DNA of 64,000 nucleotides, from NCBI GenBank assembly GCA_951406725.2, contig OX597815.1, positions 20,336,001 through 20,400,000 on the forward strand, given 5' to 3'. The position numbers and the translations under genes were made by a program. Numbering within the stretch: the first letter of the stretch is position 1; each line of letters starts with the position of its first letter. The DNA comes from Octopus vulgaris (Eukaryota). The notes beneath the pieces are model-generated. The model was not told the origin of the DNA. It was given only the letters and a program-made list of their open reading frames with translations, and did not search any database. This document shows, in pieces, positions 26,861 to 40,670 of the stretch.

Positions 26861-28909
26861 GAGAAAGAAATTTTTTCCAAATAAACAAATTTTATTTTTG
26901 ATTTTTGTGTGAACAAAATACTTTGGAATGGCCCATGTGTGGTTAAAAGTAACAGTAAAGAGTTCAGTACAGTATAGAAGGAATATCCTTTTTTTCTGTA
27001 GGTTAGACTTCTGTATTAATCATTTACATCAACTGAAATTATTGAATAAGTGCTTGATCTTCCTAGATTTCTCTGTTTCCATATGTCTTTTATTATGTTT
27101 ATAGTGAAAAGCATGAGAAGCATAAAGTGCTTAAAGTTATCAATTTAAGAGATGGATTAGAGAGGTGACAATCTAAGTATGCTGTGATGCAGTTTAGACT
27201 TAGCTATTGAATTGAAAGTGTGACAGAATTTGATAATTAAGCTCTGACATTTCACTGAGTGTAGGAAGAGAAATTGAGGATAGCAAAAGAGTAATAATAT
27301 ATGTTACGGAGACACAGTGCCATGAGTTTAAGGTTCTAGGTTACAAATCCTGTTATCTGGATTTCAGTTAGTATTTACATTTAATGTAGAGAATATCAAA
27401 TTACTAACTAAAAATAATTATACAGCGAGTAAAAAAAACAAAAAAACTATTTGTCATTAGATAACTCTGGACATATTTGGTAGTGTTATGACCTCATTAG
27501 CAAAACATAGGCCTTGCCTTACTTGCTGAAACAATTATAATATTTGTCAATCACTAATAATGTTTTTATTTCATTGCGTAATTATTTCTAGTTGGTGTTT
27601 TGATACTCTTAGCATTACATGTAGTATTATACTTTAACTATTGGTTTTAATGCTAATGGCAGCTGATTAATTTACTACTTTTGAACAAGTTTACTGTTTG
27701 CTCTCTGTGCCTGGCTAACAAAACCAGTTTCACTCTTATTTCACAGTTGAATAAGTAGCTATAGGAAGAGCATCCAGCAATGTTTGATCTAGTTCTCTGC
27801 CTTTTATCCTTTTGGATTCATGAATAAAATATCACTGTAGGGTAGTGAATTAGTGGAATGCTAGAGTATCAACTGAAATGCTTTGTCACATTTGGATCAG
27901 TGTGTTCTAAGTTCATGAGTGGTGATCATCTTGGGAAGTCCTTTGAGCAGTTTTTTAGCTGGTTGCTCCCAGTGCCAACACACTATCTGACAAGAGAGAA
28001 ATGCAAGGGATTTTTCAACTCGTGCTCTCAACAAACAATGAACATGTCATGCATTAATCTTTATATTCCATGTTAGTATACATGCCTCATTTAATGTCTG
28101 TTTTCCATGCTGGCATGGGCTGGATGGTTTAACTGGTGCTGGTAAGGCCAGGGTCCACACCAGGCTTCATTGTCTATTCTGGCATGGTTTCTATCACTGA
28201 ATGCCCTTCCTAACATTAAAAGTGCAAGTTTGTCCTATATATTATGTACACTGTATAAGATAGTATCTCATAGTTTAATGTACATATTGTATATGTAAGT
28301 GTATGTTGTATACTTATGTATATCTCCTCTATGTTATGTATATCTATATATATATGGTGGCACGTTAAAAGCACCAACTGATCGTGGCCGATGCCAGATA
28401 TGGCACCTGTTCAGGTGGCACATAAAAAGCACCCACTACACTCGCGGAGTGGTTGGCGTTAGGAAGGGCATCCAGCTGTAGAAACATTGCCAGATAAGAC
28501 TGGAGACTGGTGCAGCCCTGGCTTCCCAGACCCCGGTCGAACCGTCCAACCTGTGCTAACACGGAAAACGGATGTTAAACGATGATGATGATGATATATA
28601 TATATCTTATATATATGTATATATCCTATATGTTATATATATCTTACAATTTAGTCTGTACATATCTTGTGTATGTGTATACACTTATATATAGACATGT
28701 ATGCATACATGTATATAAAGTTTAAAATATATCATTTTCAAGTAAGTTTGATAACTATTTCACATTTACTCCCATAATTTAGTACCACACTATCAGTAGT
28801 CAAATTTATTGTGGAAGTCAAGTTGACTAAAGTTTTGCCTACCAGCTCCTTCAGTCAGTCTGGTTTGAAGAAACCAACTGAAAAAAAAATGTAGTTCCAG
28901 TCAACTTGA

Positions 28910-28955
<46 letters not shown>

Positions 28956-31638
28956 TGTACATGCATGTGTTTGTGTCTAATTACATTAAATTAAAACGAT
29001 TTGATATAGATAGCCATATGTTGCACTCATATGTTATAATTTATAAAGCTCGCTCTAACGAAACCTGTTGCATACTGGGTTACCACATTATGAATTTCAC
29101 CAAATATTTCTCCTCCTCCTTCTCCTCTTCTGCCAAGCTAACCATTTATATAAGCAGTTTTCTGATACTGACTAACAGGACTACCTCACTAGATGACATA
29201 TAAGTATCATATATAATTCATAATCACTTAACCACCAACAGATAAGATGTTCTACTAATGTCTAACACAGTTAAATATCATACTTAAATTTGATGAGAAC
29301 AGATTCTAAGCATAGGAATAGTAACTAGGTATCCATAAGTGCTTAACATTTTAGATATGAATTATACGTGTATGAACACCAGTCTGCTATATATATATAT
29401 ATATACTGCCTTTACTCCTCCTGTATTACCATCTAACTGTCGTATTTCCTTATATTGCTGGAGCCAAGTTACTCTGTTCCCTCGTTAATGTATTTCTTCA
29501 TTTCAATTCTGCTCCAACTTGGTGCTGTTGGATTTTGTTGTGATTTCTTACTGGCTGCCTTTGCTTCTGCTGTCGCATATCTCAGCAGCTGCTGTCCTTT
29601 TGCTACTGCTGTAGTTCTACAGTTGCACTACACTTCTCTGCCTCCCTACTTGCTGTATCTGCCCCTGTTGCTTTATCTTCTTGTCTTTGCTTCACTGCCC
29701 TCTCACCTTTCTTTTCCTCATTCTACTTCATAGTATTTCCTCGTTACTTCTTTATTCAATTTATTTTTTTCTTCGCTCTTTCACTCTCGTATTTTTTTTC
29801 ATTGTTGCTCTTTCTCCGTTCCCACCCTCGTATCATCATTCGTTTTCTTACATATTTCCCAATTATTTGTACACTGATTTGCTGAAATGTTGGAAGATAA
29901 ACGCAAGCTGAAAATACAAAGTTTTAAATATTGATTTTCATAGGATATATGGGTCCATTTGTCCCATATTCAGAACTCTGCTCTTTTCTTCAAATAGACC
30001 AGTTTTCAGTTTATTGATTTGTTTCTGCTTCACTTTATATCACATCACTCATTTCATTTCTCATTTCACCACTTTTGTGCTATGGAAGAAGTTTGAGAAG
30101 GTAAGAGCTGCTAGATGTATTTAAAGCTGAAACTTGAAGACAAGTGTACTTATCAAAGCAATTCTCATGCTAAGCAGAATCCTTGAGAAACTGGTGTGTT
30201 TGTGTAATGAGCTAATGACTCTGGCACTTGGAGCTTTGAAGAGTCAAATTGCAGAAAATGGTATATAAAGAGCTTTGAGTGAATATGGAGAATCGGTTTC
30301 AAGTAGATTCATTTGATGGACTAACCATATTTATTGGTTTTTGTGTCAATAACTGAGACAGATATTGTTTGATGCGATAAGGGTCATTACCCGCAACCTT
30401 TCCAAGACCTAAACTATTGAAGTCAGTATGATTGAGATTGAATTTGGATTTGCTGTAAGTTGGCACATGTGCAGAGAAAGAATTCTAGAGGGCTACATTC
30501 TGAGTAAAACAATTGAATTAAGTAAAGGGCCAAGTTAATTGTGTTGGAATGGTGAGACGGGAACAGGTGAATACATTATTTGACTAAGGTACAGGTGAAA
30601 TGCAACTTAGTAGTTATGAAGAATTAATGTTACTCTCATAGATTTAATAAAGGTTTCAGTTTAAACTTCGAACAATATTACCAAATATGTCAGGCATCTG
30701 AAGAAAGCCAGAGGTTACACTGATTGAAAGATAACAACCAAGGTAAAGATACTTGTCCAAATGCATCAGATTATAATAACAGAAATATTGTATGGTAGAA
30801 AAGATTTTTATGTGCATAATTAGAATAAGCATGAGATTATTCTTAGTCCCTTATTAAATTTTGTTATATTATTTCAGGTAGTAGACATAATCCATTACTG
30901 TTTAACACCACCACCTTGCCCTTGGGTACCTTTAATTTGATGCCCATTCTGCAAGTATTCAGGTCAGGTTTTCAATCTGAAGACGATTTTTTTTCATGAA
31001 ACTTGGAGGTTCTGAAAAGTATCATGGGAACTGTCTTTCCTCCTCTTACTATATAGGCTATTATGACAAAGTTTGATTTATAAACATAGCTTATGGATTC
31101 CTGTCATTTAGAAAATATAGTAAATTATGAGCTTTGTGCATAGAAAATGAGAATAAGAGACAAATGTGTTTATGGCTGTGAGAAAAAAAAAAGGAGATAG
31201 GGAGGTAAGGCGAAGAAAGAGTTGTTAATGAGAAAAAATGTCTAAGAAAATAAAAATAGGATTTTGAACATTTTGTCTATGGAATAAAGCTGTCATTTAA
31301 TAAGAAAGAATGCCTCTTGAGGAAAATAGTTTTTCAGACCACATTATTACATTACTTTGATAAACTTACTATCATGCATATTAGCTATCTTATTGCTTGC
31401 TGAGGGACAAATCTATCAACTTCTCTATCTCTAATCTATCCCAGCTGTGTAGGCTGTACTCAAAATTCTAGTTCCTTTCTGAAAGTGGTTGAATCTATTT
31501 ATGTAGAGCCTACCACCCACTTGTCTCACATAGATATCATTAACGAACACTTCTAATTACTCTGGCCTAATGTCTCTTCATTATCCTTCTTAAGTTCATC
31601 TTGTGTCTCTCTTTTTACATCTCACTCAACTCCCACCG

Positions 31639-31676
<38 letters not shown>

Positions 31677-32894
31677 CAGCTGTTTGATTTGCCTTGCATT
31701 GTCTCACTCTGATATCATCAATGACTTCATTGCATACAACTCTTCTTGTTTCTTGAACGCCTCAGATCTTGGTTCTTGAACACTTGTCATTGCCTCCATG
31801 AGGCCCAACATTTGAAGATAATGTTTCACCATGTTTTCCTGAGTTGTTGACCTTAAAATAGTATTCTTCTGTCTTAGTCAGCAATGCAGATACATCAAGT
31901 ATCCCTGCTTTCTCTGCATAAGGACTTGTAGAGCTTGAGAGAAGCATTGAGCAGAGAAGAATTGACCTCCAAGATCTGACCTTAAGTTTGGTAATCCCAA
32001 CATTCTGCATGAGTCACTTGTTGACATAAAGAAAATTATATTCCCACCCCTGCACATGAAGGTTATGGAGGAATGGTATCAGGGTAGATGGGATGTAAAC
32101 ACAATGACTGACTGTTACTGGAACATGAAGTGAAATTGTCCAGATTGAACACCCCAGGAAAACTTATAAGTGTAAATTTTTACCATAACTAATTACATAC
32201 AATTTGACTCCCAGTAACACCCTTTGTGTGAATAAGTTAAATTTGTACGAACATTACAGTGAAGCAATGTTTTATTTTTTTTTCCATTGTATGTATATTT
32301 CTAAAACATTCTGTAAAATAACCACAAATTTGTTAGGTACTGTATTTTTATGGCTTTTGAGAAAAAGTGAGGGTATCCTGTAGCTCAAAAAGTTGATGTG
32401 ATACAGAAAAAACTGGGGTCATTTTTGGATTCAGAGGCCGAGTTAATCAGAAGCAAGTGTCGGATCTAACTTAAGGAAAATTGTGTTTTTTCTCCCCCAG
32501 TGATATATAAATTGCAAAGGCAAACCATCTCTTCCATTGACAGTCAAAATTAGGCTGTCAACTGTTACAAAATTCCTGAGGAGATAGTTTGGTTATGTAA
32601 TCCCATATGTAATACATTATGGACAAGTAGCCATGCTATTGAAACATAGGTAGCATAATCTAAATGAAACTCTGTTCATATTCTTTTATATTTACACTGC
32701 ATGACATTTACAAATGTTGCTACATTGTCAGAATTACAGAGTACCTAATATCATTTAGCTAGTTAATATTGCACTGCTTGTTCTATCAACTGGTGATAAC
32801 TGAAAATATCATTGGTATTCCTCAAGTATCCTGTTGGTCAAATACACTAGTTATGATTACCAAATACAATTGTTATGATTGCCATTATGTTATA

Positions 32895-33755
32895 CAGGGT
32901 GTCCCAAAAGTCACTGATGGGTTTCAATTTTTAATAACTTCTTTAACTTTACAAATAAATGCATGAAATGTTGATACAATCTAAAAGACATAATGGAAAT
33001 TAATATGCTTAAGTCAAATTTTGCAACACCACTACATCACATATGAAAAACGACATCGCTTAAATGGCAGCCATTTTTGGCTTCACACATCCGTGCTCTT
33101 TCCAAAACTTGTACCGTAATGCCCTCAAGAGTTTCAGAGCCCCACTTCTCTAATTTCTTTATTGATGTTCTCCTTCAGTTGCACCAAGGTCTCTGGTTTG
33201 TTGATGTAAACCCTCTTTTTCAGGTATCCCCACAAGAAAAAATCCTGGCTAGTCAAGTCTGGGGAACGTGAAGGCCATTCAAAGTCGACCTCACACATGG
33301 TTCCTGCAAGATGGGGTAACTGCTCATACCACAAGAGAAACAATGCAGTGCTTTGGAGAGAGAATGATCTCCTGCTATGGAAATGTTAACTGGCCTTCAC
33401 ATTCCCCAGACTTGACTAGCCCAGAATTTTTCTTGTAGATATATCTGAAAGGGAGGGTTTATGTCAACAAACTGGAGACACTGATGTAACTGAAGGAGAA
33501 TATCAATAGAGAAATCAGAGAAGTGAGGTCTGAAACTTGAGGGTGTTATGGTGCAAGCTTTGGAAAGAGCATGGATGTGCTGCCATTTGAGCAATGTCAT
33601 TTTTCATATGTGATGTAGTGGTGTAGCAAAATTAGACTTGTGCATATTAATTTCCATTATGTCCTTTATATTGTATCAAAATTTTATGCATTTATTTGTA
33701 AAATTAAGGAAGTTATTAAAAATTGAAACCCATCAGTGACTTTTGGGACACCCTG
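32895..33755. mobile_element. Palindromic Tc1/mariner (rosa/DD41D-like) derivative
   Basis: TA|CAGGGTGTCCCAAAAGTCACTGATGGG...CCCATCAGTGACTTTTGGGACACCCTG|TA. Arms of about 370-380 bp each encode the transposase C-terminus (WPSRSPDLTSQDFFLWGYLK). Confidence 0.92.
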
Positions 33756-34403
33756 TATATGCATGTATGTATGTGTGTATAAGCAGGTGCATCTGTGTGG
33801 TTAAGAAATTTACTTTTCAACCACATGGTTTCAAATTCAATCCCAAATATCTCCTATAACTTTGAGCTAACCAAAGCCTTATGAGTGGATTTAGTAAATG
33901 AAAACTGAAAGAAGCCTCTGTGTATGTGTTTGTATGATCACAACATCACATAATTGTCGTAAATGAAAGTCATTCATTTCCAGTATTCTGCATAAACATG
34001 TTGGGTTATGGGAGAATATTACTTTGCTTGAAACAGATACAGGTTGGTGACAGGGAGGGTGTCTGACCATAAAAAAAAATTTGCCTCTATAAATTTTGTC
34101 CAATCCTTACAAGCATGGAAAAGTGAATGCTAAAATACTAATGATGTATATGTTTAGGTGTGTGTGTGTGTGTGTGCGCGTGCATATGTGAGTGAGAATC
34201 ATCGTTTTAATGTCTACTTTACCATGCTTCCATGGGTCAGACAGTTTAATGGGACAGTTTTTCTGCAGCCAGATGCCCTTCCTTTTGCCTGCCCTCACCT
34301 GTTTTACTTATTATAACCCTTCTTTTCTTTGATGAAACTTTTTACACTATAAAAAAATAATTTTTATCCTTCATTGTAAAATTTTATTTTTCTATTTTTG
34401 CAG

Positions 34404-34477
34404 AGATTTTTTACCCCGAGGGTCTGGAATTGTGACAAGACGGCCTCTTGTTTTACAGCTATTTCATAACAAAAATG
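34404..34477 (+). CDS. DNM: Dynamin coding exon 2 (74 nt): (R)[25 protein letters not shown]2/switch I
   Basis: Polypyrimidine tract + CAG acceptor, GTAGGT donor. Canonical dynamin motif [13 protein letters not shown]. Phases join correctly to the next exon. Confidence 0.97.
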
Positions 34478-34725
34478 GTAGGTATATGTTTATGGAATAT
34501 TTCATTGAAGTAATTATAATAATGTAAATTGTTCATAAGTCACAAATGTAGGGTGAAATGTTATATCCAGAAACACAACATAATGCTTACAGTGAATTTG
34601 AACTCACAAACTGTGAAGAGGTTATGTAATGCTTCACAAGTTTATAAAGAACTAGTGTAATTCAAGAACATTTCATTAACGATTAATTATATTTTTATAA
34701 AATTTAATATTCATTAAATATTCAT

Positions 34726-34891
34726 AGGCGCAGGAGTGGCTGTGTGGTAAGTAGCTTGCTAACCAGCCACATGGTTCCGGGTTCAGTCCCACTGCGTGGC
34801 ATCTTGGGCAAGTGTCTTCTGCCATAGCCCCGGGCCGACCAATGCCTTGTGAGTGGATTTGGTAGACGGAAACTGAAAGAAGTCTGTCGTA

Positions 34892-34944
<53 letters not shown>

Positions 34945-35150
34945 TTCTGTGTTTGTCCCCCTAGCATTGCTTGACAACCAATGCTGGTGTGTTTACGTCC
35001 CCGTCACTTAGCGGTTCGGCAAAAGAGACTGATAGAATAAGTACTGGGCTTACAAAGAAAAAGTCCCGGGGTCGATTTGCTTGACTAAAGGCGGTGCTCC
35101 AGCATGGCCGCAGTCATATGACTGAAACAAGTAAAAGAGTAAAAAGAGTA
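34726..35150 (+). mobile_element. CORE-type SINE, full-length young copy
   Basis: tRNA head, CTTGGGCAAGTGTCTTC, internal (TA)n(TG)n, AGTAAAAGAGTA tail. Confidence 0.9.
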
Positions 35151-35902
35151 TTTGAGAAATACAATTCTCATTGCCATTATTTTTATCTTAAAATCCTACA
35201 TGTCCTAAAGAATATAAGTTTAATCAATAGAAAAAAGTAGCTTGAATAAATGTTTCTAATGATGTATAGTGCTTTACAATGTGAAAAACTTGATAGATTT
35301 ATAACCATTGTATAGAATTACTGTAAAAATAGTCAGAGATTTTTGTAGGACGGTTGGTGAGAATATGTTAAGCAAAATACTGTATATAGTTATTGATTAT
35401 TACTAAATTTATACTGTGAAGTACCTGCTTGATGTTTAAAATGTGACACATTATACAGAATTTTAGAGCTATATTGACTGACGTAAGGATTGATGCCAGA
35501 TTTGTTTTAAGGAATTTAAATTTGATAGCTTTGATGAAATGGAATTTTGTACAATTTTTGTTTTTTTAATATCATCTGATCATAGCTTGTCAGATGCAAA
35601 GGTTGTTTTTTTGGCTTAGACTGATTTCTTTGATTATAGTTGTAAAATGTTGCAAAATCTAATTCTACAGAACAGTTTGAGTATTCATATTCTTTCTTTT
35701 ATTTTTCATTCATTTGTTCATATTTAAAAATATTTTCTGTATTTGAAAACAGTTCTTAATATTTCTAATCTCAATAAAATATTTAATGTTTTTTATAGAA
35801 ATCCCACACTTTGACTTAAAAATTAACCTATCAGTATTTAGTATTACATATTTAATATAAACAAAAAATACCATCAAACTTAGCCCAAATACCCTGTATA
35901 TA

Positions 35903-36686
35903 TTGGCTTGTCCAGAAACTTCGTGCCGATTTTTAAAGGAAACAAAAAGGTCACTAAATACTTGCCATTACATTTTTAATCAACCAAATATGAACCATTT
36001 TGTTGCACAATGCGTTTCCATCTTTCCTTTAACTTGAAAATACCCTCTTCCCAGAATTGAGGTGGTTTCATGGCAAAGAATTCATCAAGGTATCTTTTTA
36101 CGTCATTCAAGGAATTGAAGTTTTTACCATTAAGATTGCTGCAGAGACCTGAATAAGTGGAAATCCGAAGGAGCATCATCATCTCATCATCATCATTTAG
36201 CGGTTAATGGGTTGGACGTTCTGCTGGGGTCTGTGGCAGAATGGAAGGTGGTGGCACGGCCAAACGGAGGTGTTTTATGCACCGAGCGCGGGCTGGCAAT
36301 GAACACGAACGGGGGTGCTGGCAACGGAAGGTTCCTGCCCCGGCACTGGTAACACATCTGCATATTGATCGATTTCCATTGATCGATTTCGATTTGATCA
36401 CATCCCAGCCGAGCTGCAGCAATTTTTGTTTGGTTCCCAAAGCATCAAGTTGCCGAAAACATCCCAGCCGAGCTGCAACTTTTTGTTTGGTTCTTATCTT
36501 CCATTTTAAAGGGTTACATAATTAACACAGGTTATAGGAACATAAACCTTCTTCCATGAAAAGATAGCTTAAACTGTGCTCTAAATGGAGCTGTAGTCAA
36601 ATCCTATTTTATGGACTCAACCATGTTCTAAAATAAGTCGAAAGGTAAGCTACTATAAATCAGCACGAACTTTCCAGACAACCCAC
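35903..36686 (-). mobile_element. Internally deleted mariner element with a nested retroposon
   Basis: TA-flanked imperfect 30-bp TIRs. Minus-strand peptides TKQKLLQLGWDV, APSDFHLFRSLQ and FWEEGIFKLKERWKRIVQQNGSYLVD*. Confidence 0.88.
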
Positions 36687-37419
36687 TACATATCTATAAA
36701 TATGTACAGAGGCAATGTGGCTGATGCCGGTGTTGTAACTAGCCCCTGTGCTGGTGGCATGTAAAAAGCACCTTTCAAGCATTGGGCCTCACGGAGGTAA
36801 TGACAAATGACTAAGACCTTCAGCAATAAGTCATGCTTGAGTAGAAGACCCAACAAATTAAGTGAAATCATAGTCATGACGGATACTAGTGTTACTGCTG
36901 GCACCTGTGCCAGTGGCACCTGTGCCAGTGGCACATAAAGGCACCCATTACACTCTCGGAGTGGTTGGTGTTAGGAAGGGCATCCAGCTGTAGAAACCAT
37001 GCCAAATCAGACGGGAGTCTGGTGTTGCCCCTCAGTTTGCCAGCTCTGGTCAAGGCGTCCAACCCATGCCAGCTTGGACAACATGTTAAATGATGATGAT
37101 GATGATTAAAAAGCTAAGAATAATTATGCAGTGTAGATAAAGCAATATTATTCAAAGGAGTTGCAAAAAGTAATATTAAACAAATTTATTGCAGTTTATT
37201 TAATAGTCTTGGGAAAATGGTGACAAAACCTAGCCTTTTACATCTTCAAACATCTAATTAATCATATGATGTCTGACATAGTACATATGGTCACACAGTT
37301 TTCTATTCTCTCTCTTTTTCCCCTCTTGCCACACCTTTCTCCTGTCCATTTCAATCAAGCTTTTATGGCTCTAATGGAAACAACCTATCTACAAAGGCAC
37401 TTTTTTTGGAAAAGTTAAA

Positions 37420-37760
37420 AAAAGGTAAAGACTCATTTTGGTCATGAATGACTATGGGATTGCACCTAGAAAGTTACCCTCCAAGGTACAAGTCCAAGCT
37501 AGGTTGTTTATGGAAGACCTGTAGTTGCCCATGCATACCGTCTTTCCTCTCTACACCACTGATGTTATTCAAAAGAAAGGCAAAGGCGATACAGCTTGGT
37601 ATCAGTGACATTGCGACTCATTTCTACAGCTGAATGAACTGGAGCTACGTAAAATAAAGTGTCTTGCTCAAGAACACAACACACAGCCCGGTCCGGGAAT
37701 CGAACTGACTACCTCATGATTGTGAGCCTAAACTCTAACCACTGAACCATGTGCCTTTAC
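37420..37760 (-). mobile_element. tRNA-derived CORE-type SINE of a different subfamily
   Basis: Minus strand: TGGTTCAGTGG...AGTTCGATTCCC, then TTCTTGAGCAAGACACTTT. Confidence 0.7.
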
Positions 37761-37773
37761 TTTGGAAAAGTAT

Positions 37774-37807
<34 letters not shown>

Positions 37808-38089
37808 GTACCACCACCACCAACGACAATGATGATAGTAATTGCATTTCCCTTCCACTCTATCGCCCGCATTCCTTTTGCTCTCTTGCAAATCTATCTG
37901 CCCAGTCCTATTCAATCCTCTGTACTACTTCACCTACAATGTGTTCAAGCTAAATTTAACAGTTTCCATAAAAAGAAAAGAATACACAACACCTCACCCC
38001 AAAATAGAATTATTTTAAAAATAAAAAAAAATATAAATTAGATTATGCCGAGGAGATAACAGTTTACTTAAAATAGTTGTCCTCAGCTT

Positions 38090-38345
38090 CCACCATGACC
38101 TCAAGACAGCTTTGGAACCTGGCACATGCATTCCTCACTGTATCCAAGGAATGCACTTTGAATGCCTCCTTGATTTAACCACACCCCGTACATAGTAATC
38201 CATAGGATTACAATTGGGAGAATTAGGGGGCCAGAAATTGGGGCTGGTGAAGTTGCAGAAATTCTCTGACAACCACTTCTGACTCTTTTCAAAGGTATGG
38301 CAAGGAACCAAATCCTGCTACTACACATATGGCCTTCCCAGCTGG
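38090..38345 (-). mobile_element. Tc1/mariner (maT/DD37D-like) transposase fragment
   Basis: Minus-strand QQDLVPCHT...SPNFWPPNSPNCNPMDYYVRGVVK. Confidence 0.75.
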
Positions 38346-40670
38346 GGATGATCGACTGCAGTTTCCAGCAACTTCGCATAACTGCCTGAATTGAGCCTAA
38401 GGCCCTGTTCAAAGTTGTGGGAATGAATTCTAGTGTGTGGATGCAGTCAGAACATCTGCTGTGTCCCTTCCTGCTGGCCACAACTTCATAGTCTCTATTG
38501 CAACTGTTTGTGTCACATCCTGCAACCTTTATCGTGTTCACAGAGCATTGAAGGGCAGTCATGATGTTGACATTTTGATAGATTGAATCATGATGCCTGT
38601 GCCAAGCTCCACTGTCTTCTTTGGCATGGCTTCCATGGCTAGTTCCTCTTCCTAATGCCAACCACATTACAGAGTGTACTGGGTACTTTTTATGTAGCTC
38701 TTTATGAATATTTAGATGGCCCCCAGTCCTCCATACCAGCTAACTTTTTCTCAACTACAATTTAAATCTTTATGTTCTCCAACATTGTTGACTCTTCACC
38801 ATTATGTCAAACATCATCATCATCATCGTTTAACGTCCGCTTTCCATGCTAGCAGGGATTGGACGATTTTGACTGAGGGCTGGCGAACCAGATGGCTGCA
38901 CCAGGCTCCAATCTTGATCTGGCAGAGTTTCTACAGCTGGATGTCCTTCCTAACGCCTACCACTCCGAGAGTGTAATGGGTGCTTTTTACGTGCCACCGG
39001 CACGGGGGCCAGTCAGGCAGTACTGGCAATGACCTCACTCGAATCTTTTTACACGTGCCAGTGAAGCGACGTTGGTAACGATCACACTCAAATGGTGCCC
39101 TTTTATGTGCCATGGGTACAGAGGCCAGTTGGCTGCTCTGGCAATGATCATGCTCGGATGGTGCTCTTGGCACCCTACTAGCACAGGCACAAGTGCCAGT
39201 AAGGCGACACTGGTAACGATCATGAAAAAAGAGACAAAAAGAAATCAAATTTAGCTCATGCCCTCTGTATATACACATCCCTCTAACTTGAGGGTATGCC
39301 CCCAACACATCTTTACTGTCTTCTCTCTTCTTGCTCTCCTCCTCCTCTCTTTCCAGCTGAGGTAGCCATGTATTTCCTCTACTGCAAACCATCTATTTCT
39401 GCTTCTCATCACCTGGCAAAAAGCTGCCCCCTCAGTACTACTCTTGCCTCAGTTGAGGGATCTTGTTTTGCAACTTACTTGGTGATCTCTCTCTGCTGAT
39501 GCTACATAAAAAGTACCCAGTACACTCTGTAATGTGGTTGGCATTAGGAAGGGGAACTAGCCATGGAAGCCATACCAAAGAAGACAGTAGAGCTTGGTAC
39601 AGCAGTCTTCTGGTTTACCAGCTCTTATCAAACCATCTAACCCATGCCAGAATGGAAAACTGGCCTTGATGATGGTGTTGGTGATGATGATGAGTAATAA
39701 TAAAACGTATGAAGGAAATGGTAGATATTAAATTCTGACTGTTCCAGTACTGTCAATTGCAACCTTCATAATACAAATACAAAAATACAAAATATTAAAA
39801 TCTTTACAAACAATGACAATAGATTATCACAATTTATGGAATACATTGAGAAATAATTGTAAAAAGAATGTACCCACTGAACAGTCACAAAATAATAAAT
39901 AAGTTTATACACCCCACCCGCCAGTGCTAAGGAAAATGTTCAACTGGTGGTAGAAGCTATCTTTGATAAATTTGATTTGTTAATAATGCTAATAATCCGA
40001 GCATGATTGCTGCCAGAGCAGCCAACTGGCTTCCATGCCGGTGGCACATAAAAGGGCACCATTTGAGCGTGATCGTTGCCAATGTCACCTTACTGGCACC
40101 TGCGCTGGTGGCATGTGTAAAAAGATTCGAGCGAGGTCATTTGCCAGTACCACCTGACTGGCTCCCGTGCCGGTGGCATGTTAAAAGCACCCACTACACT
40201 CTCAGAGTGGTTGGCGTTAGGAAGGGCATCCAGCTGTAGAAACTCTGCCAGATCGAGATTGGAGCCTGGTGCAGCCATCTGGTTCGCCTGCCCTCAGTCA
40301 AAATCGTCCAACCCATGCTAGCATGGAAAGCGGACGTTAAACGATGATGATGAAGCTACTGTATCATAGCTATCTCATATAATCTATAATAAAAATTAGT
40401 TTGGGTTTTAGTAAGGCTTAACAAAATGACTAGTAGACTAGTCTGAGACAGAACCAGATTGATCCAGTACCTCTTTCTTGGTGAATAGGTAAATGGAGGC
40501 ATATGTGGAATAAATTGTTCGTTGAAGATCAGCAACACAATTCCAGCATTATAGATTGTCTCTTGAAAAAGTCATCTCTTTAATCTTGAAATCAATGCAT
40601 TCAGTACATTCCTCTCTCCTTTTCTTGTTAATATCAATCTGTCTTCGCTTATGAATCCTATATAAAAGAG

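Noticed and set aside
30250-30640. Further Penelope GIY-YIG remnants (also about 22450-22660)
   Set aside because: Similarity is suggestive but too decayed to list as features.
32330-32503. Possible Chapaev-like transposon end (…TTCTCCCCAGTG)
   Set aside because: No matching second TIR or TSD was found.
1-34403. Dynamin exon 1 (LPQIAVVGGQSAGKSSVLE) or a separate nested host gene
   Set aside because: No such peptide or other convincing coding exon was found by eye. The ORFs here are microsatellite- or TE-derived. A short exon could have been missed.
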